A stretch of 63,484 bases of DNA, the filler included, from Saprolegnia diclina VS20 (taxonomy: Eukaryota), in assembly GCF_000281045.1 (NCBI RefSeq). It is 5 parts of 2 records of this genome, joined end to end, with 100 filler letters (N's around TTAATTAATTAA, not from the genome) between each part and the next. Parts side by side here need not be neighbours in the genome. Positions count along the whole stretch, not along the records: positions 19,599 to 42,606 come from NW_008246076.1; 4 more parts are not named here. One strand, written 5' to 3'. How positions within the stretch are numbered: position 1 is the first letter of the stretch; every line of letters starts with the position of its first letter. Below are positions 21,440 through 33,223 of this stretch, in pieces. Below the pieces are notes generated by a model that worked only from the letters and a program-made list of their open reading frames with translations, was not told where the DNA came from and did no database searches. The translations under genes were made by a program, and so were the position numbers.

Positions 21440-24400
21440 ATGCAGCGCCGGAACGACCCGGAGATGGAGGCGACGGTCGCCGAGCTCGCGGACGAGGTCC
21501 TCGGCCTCACGGGCGTGAGCGCGCCAGCCGCGAGGAAGGAGCTCTTCAACCGCGTCGGGACCTTCTTCTTCAAGCTCAAGGCCGAAGGCAAGGGCCACTG
21601 GTGGTGCCATGGCCGGCTTCCGGAGCTCAGCGCCTTCATGCTGCAGCTTGTGGACAAGCGCGCGGCCGGCAACCACATCGACACGTGGATCCGCGAGAGC
21701 TATAGCCAGCTGCAGCAGTGCACCGACTGGTACGACGCCCCGCTCGTCGTCCGGTCCTCATCTTCCTTCTCCTAGCATTGACGGGTACCATGCGATGCTT
21801 CTAACGCTGCAAGCCGAGCTTGCATCTTTGTACACGGAAGAGTCCATGAAGCTCTTCCTCCGCCTCCTCGTGGAAGCCGACGTCGAGCGGCTCAAGCTCA
21901 TCTGGAGCTCGAATTCGTTCGTCAAGAAGCAGCGCGGACAGGAGCTCACGATGGGACTCTACGAGCTCTTCATGCACCCGCGCCTCCTCCGCGATTTTCG
22001 GTTCCTCAAGCCCATGCACAAGGTATATGCACCCTCGTACTCCGTAGTTCATGCGAGCCGACCGTTGTGGCTAGTGGATCGCAGAGAAGCCCGATGAAGC
22101 CCTCGAGCTCTGCGACTGGCACAAGCTCAAGCAGTGCCCGGGGCTGTACATGCTGCTCATGTGCCCCGACTCGGTGCTGCGGTGCGCCCCCCTCTTGCTG
22201 CTGTACTCACAGTCGCTCTAATTAGGGCGTGGAGTGCGACCGTCCTCTCCAAGCTTGGTCATATCGAGCTGCAATCAACGTCTCCGCTCGTCTCGGTCGT
22301 CGAAGAATGGATGTATCTCCTCGAGAACCAGCAGTACAATGTGTCCATGCTCGAGTTGGACCTCGCATCCACGTACGATCTCGCCGCGGTACCGTCGTCC
22401 TTATAGTGGACTGTATCATATGGAATTGTTGCTAGTTTATGGACAGCACGCAGTGCACACGGACCCCGACGCCGCAAGTGCTCTGGGCTGCGTTTGACGC
22501 GCTCTTCCAGGTACGATCGTCCAGGAAGAACGACATGACACTATTTTCCAACGTTCTATTGTAGACGCTGGAAGAGAACATGCTCGCCGAGCTCTTGCGG
22601 CGCTTTGACAACTTGCCGGACCTAGTCTTTACCTTTCTTCAGGAGGCCAACCCCGTCAACCCGAAATCGCCACCGCCCGTCGTCCTTGTCGTAGGCCTCT
22701 TTGCTACCAAAAACACACTAGTTGAGGCGGGTGTAGGTCGCACGCTGCTATGGAGTTCTCATGAAGAGCCTCCGTTATCGGCTCTGGGAACACACGTCGT
22801 ATGACGCTGCGACTGTCTGGGACATGCTGCACGCCCAGTGCAAAACTACTTCCTGGCGCGAGTTTGTTGTGAAAGCGCTCCTCGAGCTCTGCGACCCGCT
22901 GCTTACATCGTTGCGGCCGCCAAACCAAGATGTACGTCTTGTTGCCCAGCGTTGGTATACATCGTCTTGTTTGAGTAGAGCGCGTCCGAGGCCGTGCGGT
23001 TGTACTTTGAAGTGCGTCGGCAACTGCTCTCGTTCTTGCTGCACGACGCACCACATCTGTACGCAGACCAGTCGGTCTTGCGCACGACCGTCACGCGCGT
23101 TCTCTGTGACGTGCTGCAAGCGTCGTTTGACACAACACGGTCGTCACTCGTGCGCCCGCTGCCAGGCGCCAAACCCGCCGACGTTGGCGCGCTCCCCGAG
23201 ACCGAGACGCTCGACATTGTCACGCTGAGTCATCGCTTTTGGTGGCCTCTCACGCTCCATGACTCGCCCATGGACGAGCGCAACGCGTCGTGCTTCACCT
23301 CGGATTGGATGGACGTTCTCTTGGTGACGCTCCAGACGTCGAATGTCATGGGACTCGTAGATGCCGCCGCGACGACCGTCGCGCTCGTCTTGCGCAAGCA
23401 GCTCTACCTCATGCGCGACACGTGGATGATGCACCCAAGCCGCCTCGGCGACATTGCGTGGGTCTCGGACCTCTTCACCGCACTCTGCTCATGGACCGAC
23501 GTTGAGAAGATTCCGCTCCTCGTCCACGCGGTGCTGTTTGAGACGGTCGGTGTCGCCGCGCAGCTCGCGTGCCGTCCGCCAACCGATGCACCGGCCGCGA
23601 TCGAAGGCCTCGAGATGGTTCAGGACGTACTGTGTCCGTACGTCGAGCGCATGACGATCGAGACGACCGAGCGGGGGCTTGGCAACATCTTTCGCACACC
23701 GATCGTGGCGCAGCACATGACGCTCTGCCTCATCACGTCCCACCCGCGCTTACGCCCGTGCATCAAACGGTATTTTCTCTGAAGCTCAACTAGTCGTATC
23801 GACATGGAACGGTAGGCTCATCATGCACGGCGGCGGCGTCGCCAACAAGACGTACACGTCGTTCACCGAGCCGTACCAGAACCTCGTGTCGAGCTACATG
23901 CCGTCGTTCCTACGTGGCGTGGCCACGACGCTCATGTATCTCCGCGTGCACGGGCTCCAGCCGACGTGCGTCAAGGAGCTGCTCTTGCACTGGACGCACA
24001 CGTTCGAGTCGCTGCCCGACGTGCTCTACAACTGCATCGTCAAAGAGGCGGCCAAAGCCAAAGCATCGTCATCCAGTAGTATCCAAAAGCCATCGGCGAC
24101 GTCGGCGATGGATCTGACGCGGTTCCCACTGCTCATGCACCTCTTCCTTATGAACGCGCTCGAGAAGCTCTCGCCGAGCGACAATGAAGCGTACGGCGTC
24201 CGCGTTCTCCGCTTTGCGCGCTACATGTGGCGTCTCTGGTTTGTCTTCCACGGCGACCGCCACGAGTGTCTCGACTACCCCGCCAACCGCATTATTTTGC
24301 CGCTCTTGCAGCTCGCGCACCACCCAAACCCGACGCTGCAGCGCCGCGTCGTCGATCTCTGCGGCTACATTACGCAAGAGCTCGGGTCATCGGACTTTGT

Positions 24401-27400
24401 CTTTGATGCAAAACTCGACACGGAGATCACCGCCGTCTTGACGAGCTGGTCGTTTGAGGACGGGGACGCGGCGGGGCTATCGGCGCTGCGGCTGGGCCTC
24501 GAGACGCTTTTGCAGCTCAAGCGGTCGGTGCGCCTAGCCCGCGAGCGCGAAGCGATTGTCATCGACTCGGACGACGATGACGATGACGGTGTCGAGATCA
24601 TCGAAGAAGAGGATTTAGACGAGGTGGGCGACGACGACGTCGTGCCGTGGTACTCGAAGGAAGCCCGTCGCCAGCGCGCCAAGGCCAAGAAAACGTCGTC
24701 GTCCCTTGGGAAAGCCAAGCTCACAAAACCCGGTATCGGGCCGTCCCCGTTCAAGACGCTTGTGCCATTCGCGCGACTTCCAAAGAAGTCAATGACGACG
24801 ACGTTCGACCGCGCGTCGGCGGCGGTGCCCCGGCCGACCGACAGTTTTTACGACGATGTCGACTACGAAGCCATTCGGAAGCGCCGGGAGCAACAAGCGT
24901 CCAAGGAAGGGCCGACATCTGCGAGCACCAAGTCTGCCAAAAGCCGCACTGTCTCGGTGCTCGGGTACCAGCCGGCGTTTGGCGGCGGCGCGTCGTCCTC
25001 GACAGTACCACCTTCGTCGTCGGCTCCGTCGCCGCACAAAGAAGCTGTCAAGCCACCGAAAGACGCGCTGCCCGCGCCCGTGCTCAAGATGATTGGGACG
25101 ATCCGGCACATTCGCAGCATGCGCAAGCCACTGCACCCGTCGTCGCTGTACCCGTTCTACCGCCAGATCCTCTTGGCGTCGCAGGTCGACCCGCGCTTCA
25201 AGACTTCGAGTAGCGCCGACCTCGCCAAGCCGTCGATTTCGTTTCTGTCGTCGATCGAGTATGGCCACGCCTTCTTACCCCTATTGTTGGAAGAAGTCCA
25301 GTGCGACATTGCTCAAGGGTACGTCGTATTCTCTATTTGTCCGCTCGTGTTGATGAAAAACTAGTTTTGGCGGGAATGGCCCGACCATTGGTCTCCGGCT
25401 CGAGGCCGAGACGATGAAGGAAAACCTCCGTGTCGTCACTTTTGCCTATTTGCAGCGGCCTATGAAGCGCAGCATTCGCAAGAATGACGTGGTGCGCGTC
25501 ACGTCAACGCTGGTACCTAATCGCCTATGGTTTGAGAATGGACATGTATAGTCCATGTAGAACGCCGAGATTGCGTGCACGGGTGTCTACGTGCCCGAAG
25601 ACGACGACAAGTTTTCGAAAAAAAAGGGCAACGACGACAAGGTGCGCGTGCTTTTGCTGACGGCCAGCGACAAGGAGATGCCCGTCGTGCTCCTCGACAC
25701 GCTCATTGGCGGGTCGGAATGGAACGTGCGGGTCGTCGGCAACCTCACAACGAGTGCGCGCGAGTACTTGGCGCTCATGGCCATCGACTTTATTCCGCTG
25801 CATTTGCGGTCCGTTGTGCTCCAGCCGCACAAGTACAAGAGCACGCAGAGCACTGTTCTCGGCTTGATCTCAGACATTGACACGGTGCGGGACGCACCGG
25901 TATGTATTCTTCATGTGGCCCTCTCTCAGACCTTTGATGACTGTGTAGAGTACCGAGGCCGATAAGACGCTAATGGCCCACCTTGGCATTCTGGAAGACT
26001 TGCCCATGAAGCTCGAGGACCTTCGCGTACGGTGCCATCGCGCTGAGAATAGCTAAAGGATGGGTTTAGGTGACCAACATTGGCGTTATCGTGCGCAAGC
26101 TGCGCAAGTACAAGGGCGGCAACGACGTTGTGCAGCGGGCAGCAGCGCTCATCACCAAGTGGCAAAAGCTGCTCGATACCAAGGTACGACAAGAGATTCG
26201 TGGGCGAAACGGAATGCCATTTGACCTAGGACGAGCTCTCGAAGACGCCCCTTTTCTTGCCACCGCCCGTGTGGGACCAGCTGCAAACGACGTACAATGC
26301 ATCCCAGCTCCAGTCGGTGCACTCGATTCTCAACAACTACTCGACGGGCGTGAGCTTGCTCCAGGGACCGCCAGGGACAGGCAAGACCAAGACCATCATG
26401 GGCATCATCAGCGGTCTTCTCGCGGTCTCGCTGCCAACGCCATCGGCCGTCACAGCTCCACGCAAGGCGATGGTGGTCAAGCCCGCACTTGTCGATTTTT
26501 CCGGTGCGTCGACAACGTCGTCACTACCGGGGGCGGTCAAGGCCACGAGCATCCAGCAGATCAAAAACAAGGGCATGTCGCGGCAGCGCCTCGAAGGCGC
26601 TATGGCCGGCCGGCCGATGTTCAAGCCGCGCCCGGCGTCGGGGCCGCGCACCGTCTCGGTACTCCCGATCGCCAACAAGGGACCCGAGACGAACCACATT
26701 CTCATTTGCGCTCCGTCCAACGGCGCCGTGGACGAGCTCATTTTGCGGCTTCGAACCGACGGGCTAGTCGGGCCTGACGGCAAGCCGATGCTTGTCTCGA
26801 CGCCCAAGGTGCACTCTGTCTCGGGCGACGACGCCAACACAATCTCGCTGCTTCGCCTGGGGTCGGCGACCGAAGACGCGCCCTTGATCGTCAAGCAGAG
26901 CTGCCTCAACGACGTGGTCCGTGTCCAGGTCGAGACGCACCCCAAGTACCAAGCGTTTCAAGCGCTCACGCGGCGGCACACCGAGCTACGCGATGCGATC
27001 AAGCTCTTCCATACGCAGGCCAAAAGCGGCGAGACACCGACGGCCTCCAAGAAGGACATGACGGCGTGGCACCGCGAGCTCTCGGAGATCACGGGCAAGA
27101 AGCGCCGCCTCCAGGAAGAAGTCCAGATGCTCGAACGCACGACGGCGAATGCGCTCCTTGCCAAAGCCAACATCATTGCGTGCACGCTCTCGAAATGCGG
27201 CAGTGGCGACCTCGACGACGTGCCGCGCGGGTATGCCATCGGTCAGAATGACATGTCTCATAGTCGTGTCCTAGGTTTGATGCCGTCATCATTGACGAGG
27301 CAGCGCAAGCCGTCGAAACCAGCACCTTGATTCCACTCCGGGAGCGTGTCGCCCGCGTCATCTTTGTGGGCGACCCCAAGCAGCTACCGGCCACCGTCAA

Positions 27401-28597
27401 GAGCGTCGAGGCCCAAGACGCGCTCTTCAATCGATCGATGTTTGAGCGCCTTGCGGACGGCGGAGTGCCCCGGGCCATTCTGCGCGTACGCCGTGCTCGT
27501 CGTCTTGAAGATGCTCACAGCTTGGTGCGTAGGTGCAATACCGCATGCACCCGTTCCTGCGCGAGTTCCCGTCCAAAGCCTTTTACAATGGTATCCTCTC
27601 GGACGGCCCCGTCATTGCGACGCGGCTCCATACGCTCGGCATGCAAGTGTACAAGCACCCGTGCTATCAGCCGTTTGTGCTCTACGACATTGAGAGCGCC
27701 GAGCGCGACGGACCCGGGGGGTCGAAATGCAACAGCACCGAAGCGGCGTTTGGGGTCGCTATGGTATCGCACCAAGCTGGACATGAAAGGCCCAGTGTCA
27801 TGTACGTAGGTCGAGCACCTCAAGGCAACGGTCGAGCTCGTCAAGACCAAGGAGTGGTCGATCGGCTTTGTGACACCGTACAAGGAGCAGGTCATGACGC
27901 TGCGCCACCTCGTGAGCGGGAAGGGCTGGAGCGACGTCGAAGTCAACACGGTCGACGGTTTCCAGGTCCGTCGTCTTACCAAGAAGAGCGTGCTTGGAAT
28001 GGCGCGATATAGGGTCGCGAGAAGGATATCATCATCATGTCGTGCGTACGCACGCGTGCTGTGGGGTTCCTCAAGGACGTTCGTCGTCTCAACGTTGCGC
28101 TCACCCGTGCGCGCTACTGCTGCTTTGTCCTCGGTACGCGATCTCGAAGGTTTTGTCGAATCTCATGCTGGCGTCGTCGGTGTATGTAGGTCACGCGCGC
28201 ACGCTGTGCAAGGACCCGACGTGGAAGCAGCTCGTTTCAAACGCCTACGACCGCAAAATGTACATCAAGGCAGCCAAGAAGCCGTTCGAGCAGATCTGGG
28301 CCGAGTCCGAGGCCGATGTTGCGCTCAAGGAGCAATACGAGAAGATGCACGCGCCGATTCTGGCCAAGTCCAAGGACGAGTCGTCCAAGCAGACCAAGCG
28401 CAAGCGCGTCAAGGGCCCGGACGTACGCCTCTCCTCATCTCGTTTAGCACCAGATACCAACACACTGCGTAGGACCGCGAGCCGACCAAGAAGCGCGACG
28501 ACGAGGCGTCCGAGAACACGCTGCCCGCCCAAGAGGTATCCCTCCTCCTTACGGCCGAGCCTCATGCGGCGGCTAGGTGGTCGTGGACGTCGCATAG
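21440..28597 (+). CDS. SEN1: Sen1/senataxin-like SF1B RNA/DNA helicase with inserted TFIIS N-terminal domain; many short introns
   Basis: Sen1 N-terminal-like HWWC and PGLYMLL..PD..LRAW. Helicase motifs [75 protein letters not shown] and [11 protein letters not shown]. Confidence 0.9.
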
Positions 28598-28642
28598 TCC
28601 ACGCATGTATGGGATCGTATAACAAAAGCATCGCGTACCCTA

Positions 28643-29382
28643 CTAGGCCTTGACGACGAGCGACCCGAGGACGCCAATGACAATAAAAATGGTCGTGCCA
28701 AAGCCGATGGCTACATATCGAGGTTCATAGCGCGAGAGGAGCAGGAGATGGGGCGTACCGTACTGCAAGATGCGCTTCTCGAGGCGCTGGCTCGCCACGT
28801 TGAGCTGGTGGAGGATCTCGTCGCTGTTTTCGCGCTGGAGGAGGAACTTTTGCTCGACCTCGGCGATCTCGGCCCGGACGTTCTCAAAGTCGAGCTTCTC
28901 CATCATCTGGATGTCCTGCTTGAGCGTCTTGAAGTCGCGCTCGAGCAGCTCCCGCATGCTGCGCTGCGCAATGTCTACCTCGCGAGATAGTATGCATGGG
29001 CATGATGGTATGGATTGGTACCAAACTTGAGCGTCGAGTTGAAGAGCCGCTCCGAGACCTCCGACTTGAGTGCATGGTTCTCGGCCTTGGTCGTGAGCTA
29101 CATCGCATGAGCATCATCTCTCGCAGCAGCTCGTCGTTGTTACCAGAGTCGTCTGCGAGTCGTACGACTCTTTAAAGGCGCTCGCCATGGCGTCGACCAG
29201 GCCTTGCGCTTGCGGCGCCGAGTACCCTGCCTGTCCATGAGACCACCGACGTCGCTCAGCGTCCATGTACCCTGCTCCTGGAGCGCGCTTAGCGCAGCAT
29301 CATGCTTCTTGACCTTGGGCGTGAAGAGCGGGGTGATCGTCGCATGCGTCCGCGCATGGAGGCGGGTCGACCTGCGCAGCAT
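28643..29382 (-). CDS. DUF1640 / CCDC90-MCUR1-like mitochondrial coiled-coil membrane protein, paralog 1
   Basis: Arg-rich presequence-like N-terminus, G[YF]S..QA..L..A head, TKAE neck, coiled coil and C-terminal TM (IGFGTTIFIVIGVLGSLVV). Four short introns. Confidence 0.75.
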
Positions 29383-30418
29383 GGGGTGGCCGTGAAAATG
29401 GCGTCCGGATAATTTGTATTATCCGGATGATTGGGTGATGGCCATCCATCAGACAGGCAATAAGGTGCATGGGTGAAGAGGGCAAGGAGGACGATCGAGA
29501 AGAGCGGACCATGCGTGCTGCCACGTATTGATGTAGAGACCGTCCTCGCGCATGTAGCTCGCACCGGCCACAGCCTCGGCTGCTGCCCAGCCAAGGTAGA
29601 GCCTCTGGGATCGACGACTTGAGGGTGGTCGCACGTTGTCGGCTCGGATGGAAACCCACGTGCCATGCTCCCGTGGTGAAGACAGCACCCTGATGAGCGC
29701 TCTGCAGCCAGGATTGCGAGGCCAACATGTGCACGTATTGATTTAGCTAGCCTCGTTCCCAAACCACTCGTACTCTTGTCCTGCGGCGTGCGGGTCTTCT
29801 CTCGACGACCATCCTACTACATACATCCATGGGATCATGGTCAACCGTCAAGCGAGATGCGATAGCGTCATGGCATACGTCCATGATGGCATTGGATAAG
29901 ACGACGAACGAGCTTGACACGATGTACGCGTAGATCGCATGCACGGGCGTAGCAAGTCGTCGTTCACCCACAATCCTCGACGTATGCGCATCATAGCGAA
30001 CAGTAGGGCGGTAATCATGACAATCTGTACATCTTTAGCAGCGTCCACGTCAGGACAGTATTGGCGACTATGCAAGCATACTCGGCTCGCTCAACGGTGG
30101 GAAGCGCTGCGTAGTGCCTCATACTAGTAGGTGCGGCGACGTGATCATTTTGCACACCACGCGGTGACCACGGATGGCCGCTCTGTCACTGCGCCGGCGA
30201 CGAGCTAGTGGGCTCTCAGCATCGTTGGGTACGGGCATCCGAAAGAGATGAATGCTCAATAGCGCTGTCGGGTCCAAGTATGACGACCGCGCACTACTAG
30301 TGATAGCACTACTACTAGTGCTGAAGTGGACAATCTCAACTCACTACCAAGTTCTTCGAGTCTCACGAGTATGCAACGAGTACAGTAAGGAGCTATGAGC
30401 GTATGTCGCTATCTCCAT

Positions 30419-31285
30419 TTATGACTTTTCAAAGTACGTTCCGAGAAAGGCGAGCACGACCGTGATCGCAGCGCCAAAGCGCACCGCTACGCGAGGTCTA
30501 TACATGTCGATGTATGGAGAGAGGGTACCGTATTGGAAGATGCGGCGCTCGAGCGTCTCGTTGGCGAGCGTGAGTTTGTTGAGAATCGTGTCGCTTTGTT
30601 GCTTGTGCAGCATAAACTTCTTCTCGACCTGCATGATCTCGGCGAGCACCTTGTCAAAGTCCGCCTTCTCGATGATGCGGATTTCCTGCTTGAGGTTGTT
30701 AAAGTCGCGGTCTAAAATCTCCTTCATGTGGCGCTGCGCAATGTCTACCGTGCCATCCTGTCGCCTCTTCCTTGCATCCAGAAAGCATATCCTACCAAAC
30801 TTGAGCGTCGTGTTGAAGACCCGCTCCGAGAGCTCCGACTTGAGCGTCAAGTGATCGGCTTTGGTCGCGAGCTAGTCCACGCGCCATTTACATTGTTGCA
30901 ACGATGCAGTCGTCGATTTACCCCAGTCTGCTGCATCTCGAGGCTCTCGGCCATCGTGCTCTTGAACGCATCGAGGACGGCCTCCGCCTGCTCCGCCGAG
31001 AAGCCTAGCCCATGCATATGAGTGCTACGTATGGCAGCATATCGCCGCGCACCTTGGTACTGCAGCTGCGTCACATACTTGTGCGTACGACCGGTGTCAA
31101 GGAGCCTGCACGAGGATGGGATCATGGCAGGCAGGCGTAGGATAGACGCGAAAAGGATATGAATCGAATGGGTAGACAGGCGGCTCTTCGATGGGCGCAG
31201 CGCTTGTCGTCGTCTGCGTGGCGGCGCGGGCGTACCGAGGCGGGCCACGCGCGAGGCGCCGCAGCAGCATGCTCCTGCCCATCAT
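30419..31285 (-). CDS. DUF1640 / CCDC90-MCUR1-like protein, paralog 2
   Basis: GFSAEQAEAVLDAFK, ATKAD, LKSELSERVFNTTLKF|DIAQRHMKEILDRDF and C-terminal TM. Most intron positions match paralog 1. Confidence 0.75.
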
Positions 31286-31939
31286 GCGATCCACGCCAAA
31301 ATAAAAATCCCATTCGACTCGATTCTCCAAATTTAATCGTCTGCGATTAATGTTGCTACAACCACGACAGCGGACGCTCACGAAAACCATTTTAATTCTC
31401 ACGCATTTGCTTTTATACTGTTCCAGGAGCATCCCAATCAAAAGACTAGAAACACCGTCCTTACGCGTTCACTGGCCTCTTTCCAAGCATATTCGATGGT
31501 CGCTCCCCACATCGTTGTACGCAACCACCTTAGTATGGCCTGTGCCACCTTCTTTCCAAGCGTCCTATCGTGTCAACAAGGCGTGTTCGATATGCTGTCC
31601 ATGTACATATGCGACGCAATGCAGCGAGTTGCGTGCATTTACCTGCAGCAATTGCCATACCTGGCGTCGACATGCAATCTCACAGGATACCCATCGAGTC
31701 TGAGAGGATTGGTCGCTCTTAACGAGGGTCCGGATGATGGCCTTTGATACAAGAACCCATACAAACTTCAAATGAAGTGGAGGTGCCAAGCGCACTTAGG
31801 CGAGACATAATCGCTGGTTGGCGCTGGAGGGATAGGTCTTGAGCCGATTTCATTGGTCAGCGTTCATTCTTGGCCCGCAACCGGTACGCTGCCGCTTTCA
31901 TTTTCAGTCTCCGTTTAACTAGCAGAAAACACTACTAAG

Positions 31940-32746
31940 ATGGTATGAACATGCTGCTACCGATGAAGATGATGACGATGCTGATGCTGCATGTGCTTTA
32001 GGGTAAGGATATCATTGCTGGTGGCAAGAGTACGGGCCGCAAGTCCCGCACGGCCCCCAAGTCCGAGAACGTCTACCTCAACCTTCTCGTCCGCGTACGT
32101 CCACCATTGCGCCTCCTGCAATGGCCCTCCTGTCGCGATCCACCGCGCCGCCATGGCATCATGCAGCTCACAGGCTACAGGCGGCCATGGCGCCGGCGGA
32201 TCGCGGCAACGGCCACGCAGCCCATTGTGCGACACAGGCGCTGATGCCATCACTGATGTTTAGCTCTACCGCTTCTTGGCCCGCCGTACGGACGCCAAGT
32301 TCAACGAGGTCGTCTTGAAGCGCCTGTATATGAGCCGCACGAACCAGCCGCCGATGTCGATTGCCCGTGTCGCTCGCTACATGAAGAACAAGGAGGACAA
32401 GATCGCCGTTGTCGTTGGCACGATCACGGACGACATCCGCCTCTTCGACGTCCCGAAGCTCACGATCGCCGCCCTCGGCTTCACGGAGGGTGCCCGCGCC
32501 CGCGTCCTCGCCGCCGGTGGTGAAATCCTCACCTTCGACCAGCTCGCGCTCCGCGCGCCCAAGGGTGCCAACACGGTGCTCCTCCGCGGCCGCAAGACGG
32601 CCCGTGAGGTCTACCGCCACTTCGGCCACGCCTCGACGCTCGACTCGGTGCACACGCACGACCACGTCAAGCCGTACGTGCGCTCGAAGGGTCGCAAGTT
32701 CGAAAAGGCCCGTGGTCGCCGAAAGAGCCGTGGCTTCAAGGTCTAA
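31940..32746 (+). CDS. RPL18: 60S ribosomal protein L18 (eL18); exons 31940-31942, 32002-32094, 32264-32746
   Basis: Translates as MGKDI...[30 protein letters not shown]...[12 protein letters not shown]...[25 protein letters not shown]. Confidence 0.97.
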
Positions 32747-33223
32747 GCTACCTAGTTGCCTGTACGGAGATGCTACCCCTGCTGTGTTGGTCACTTATCT
32801 TGCTGTAATTGCCAATACAAAAACGAGACGCTTGGAGACTAAGCTGTTATCTATGAGAGATACCTGTTTCCCCCAAATTCCCTTCTCTTCTCCCCATCGC
32901 CCTTGTCTTCTCTCGTTCGCTGGAGCAGGAATGCCATCATCATGCAACGTGGTGGACCATGTAGAAAGGTCACAGAAGCTGCGACGAGGCAACTGGCTGG
33001 GTGGTCACCAAAGTCCATCATTACTCTTCCTGCAGCGGACCAGTGGCAGTGACACACGTCGAGATACGTCGCTGGTGCAACGACGAGAAGGCCATCTTCC
33101 GCAAACTGCAGAAAGGTCGCTCTGCGCTGCACACCAGTCGCCAAGCGATGGCTCAGACCTTCGAAGGTGCAGACTCCTTGTCTTCAGATCAATGGGACAA
33201 CACTATTTGGTTAACGAGCGCGA

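Noticed and set aside
31943..32001. C/D-box snoRNA in RPL18 intron 1 (ATGATGA and CTGA present)
   Set aside because: The boxes are only a few nt apart in a 59-nt intron within a GAT-rich tract, and the CTGA probably belongs to the branch site.
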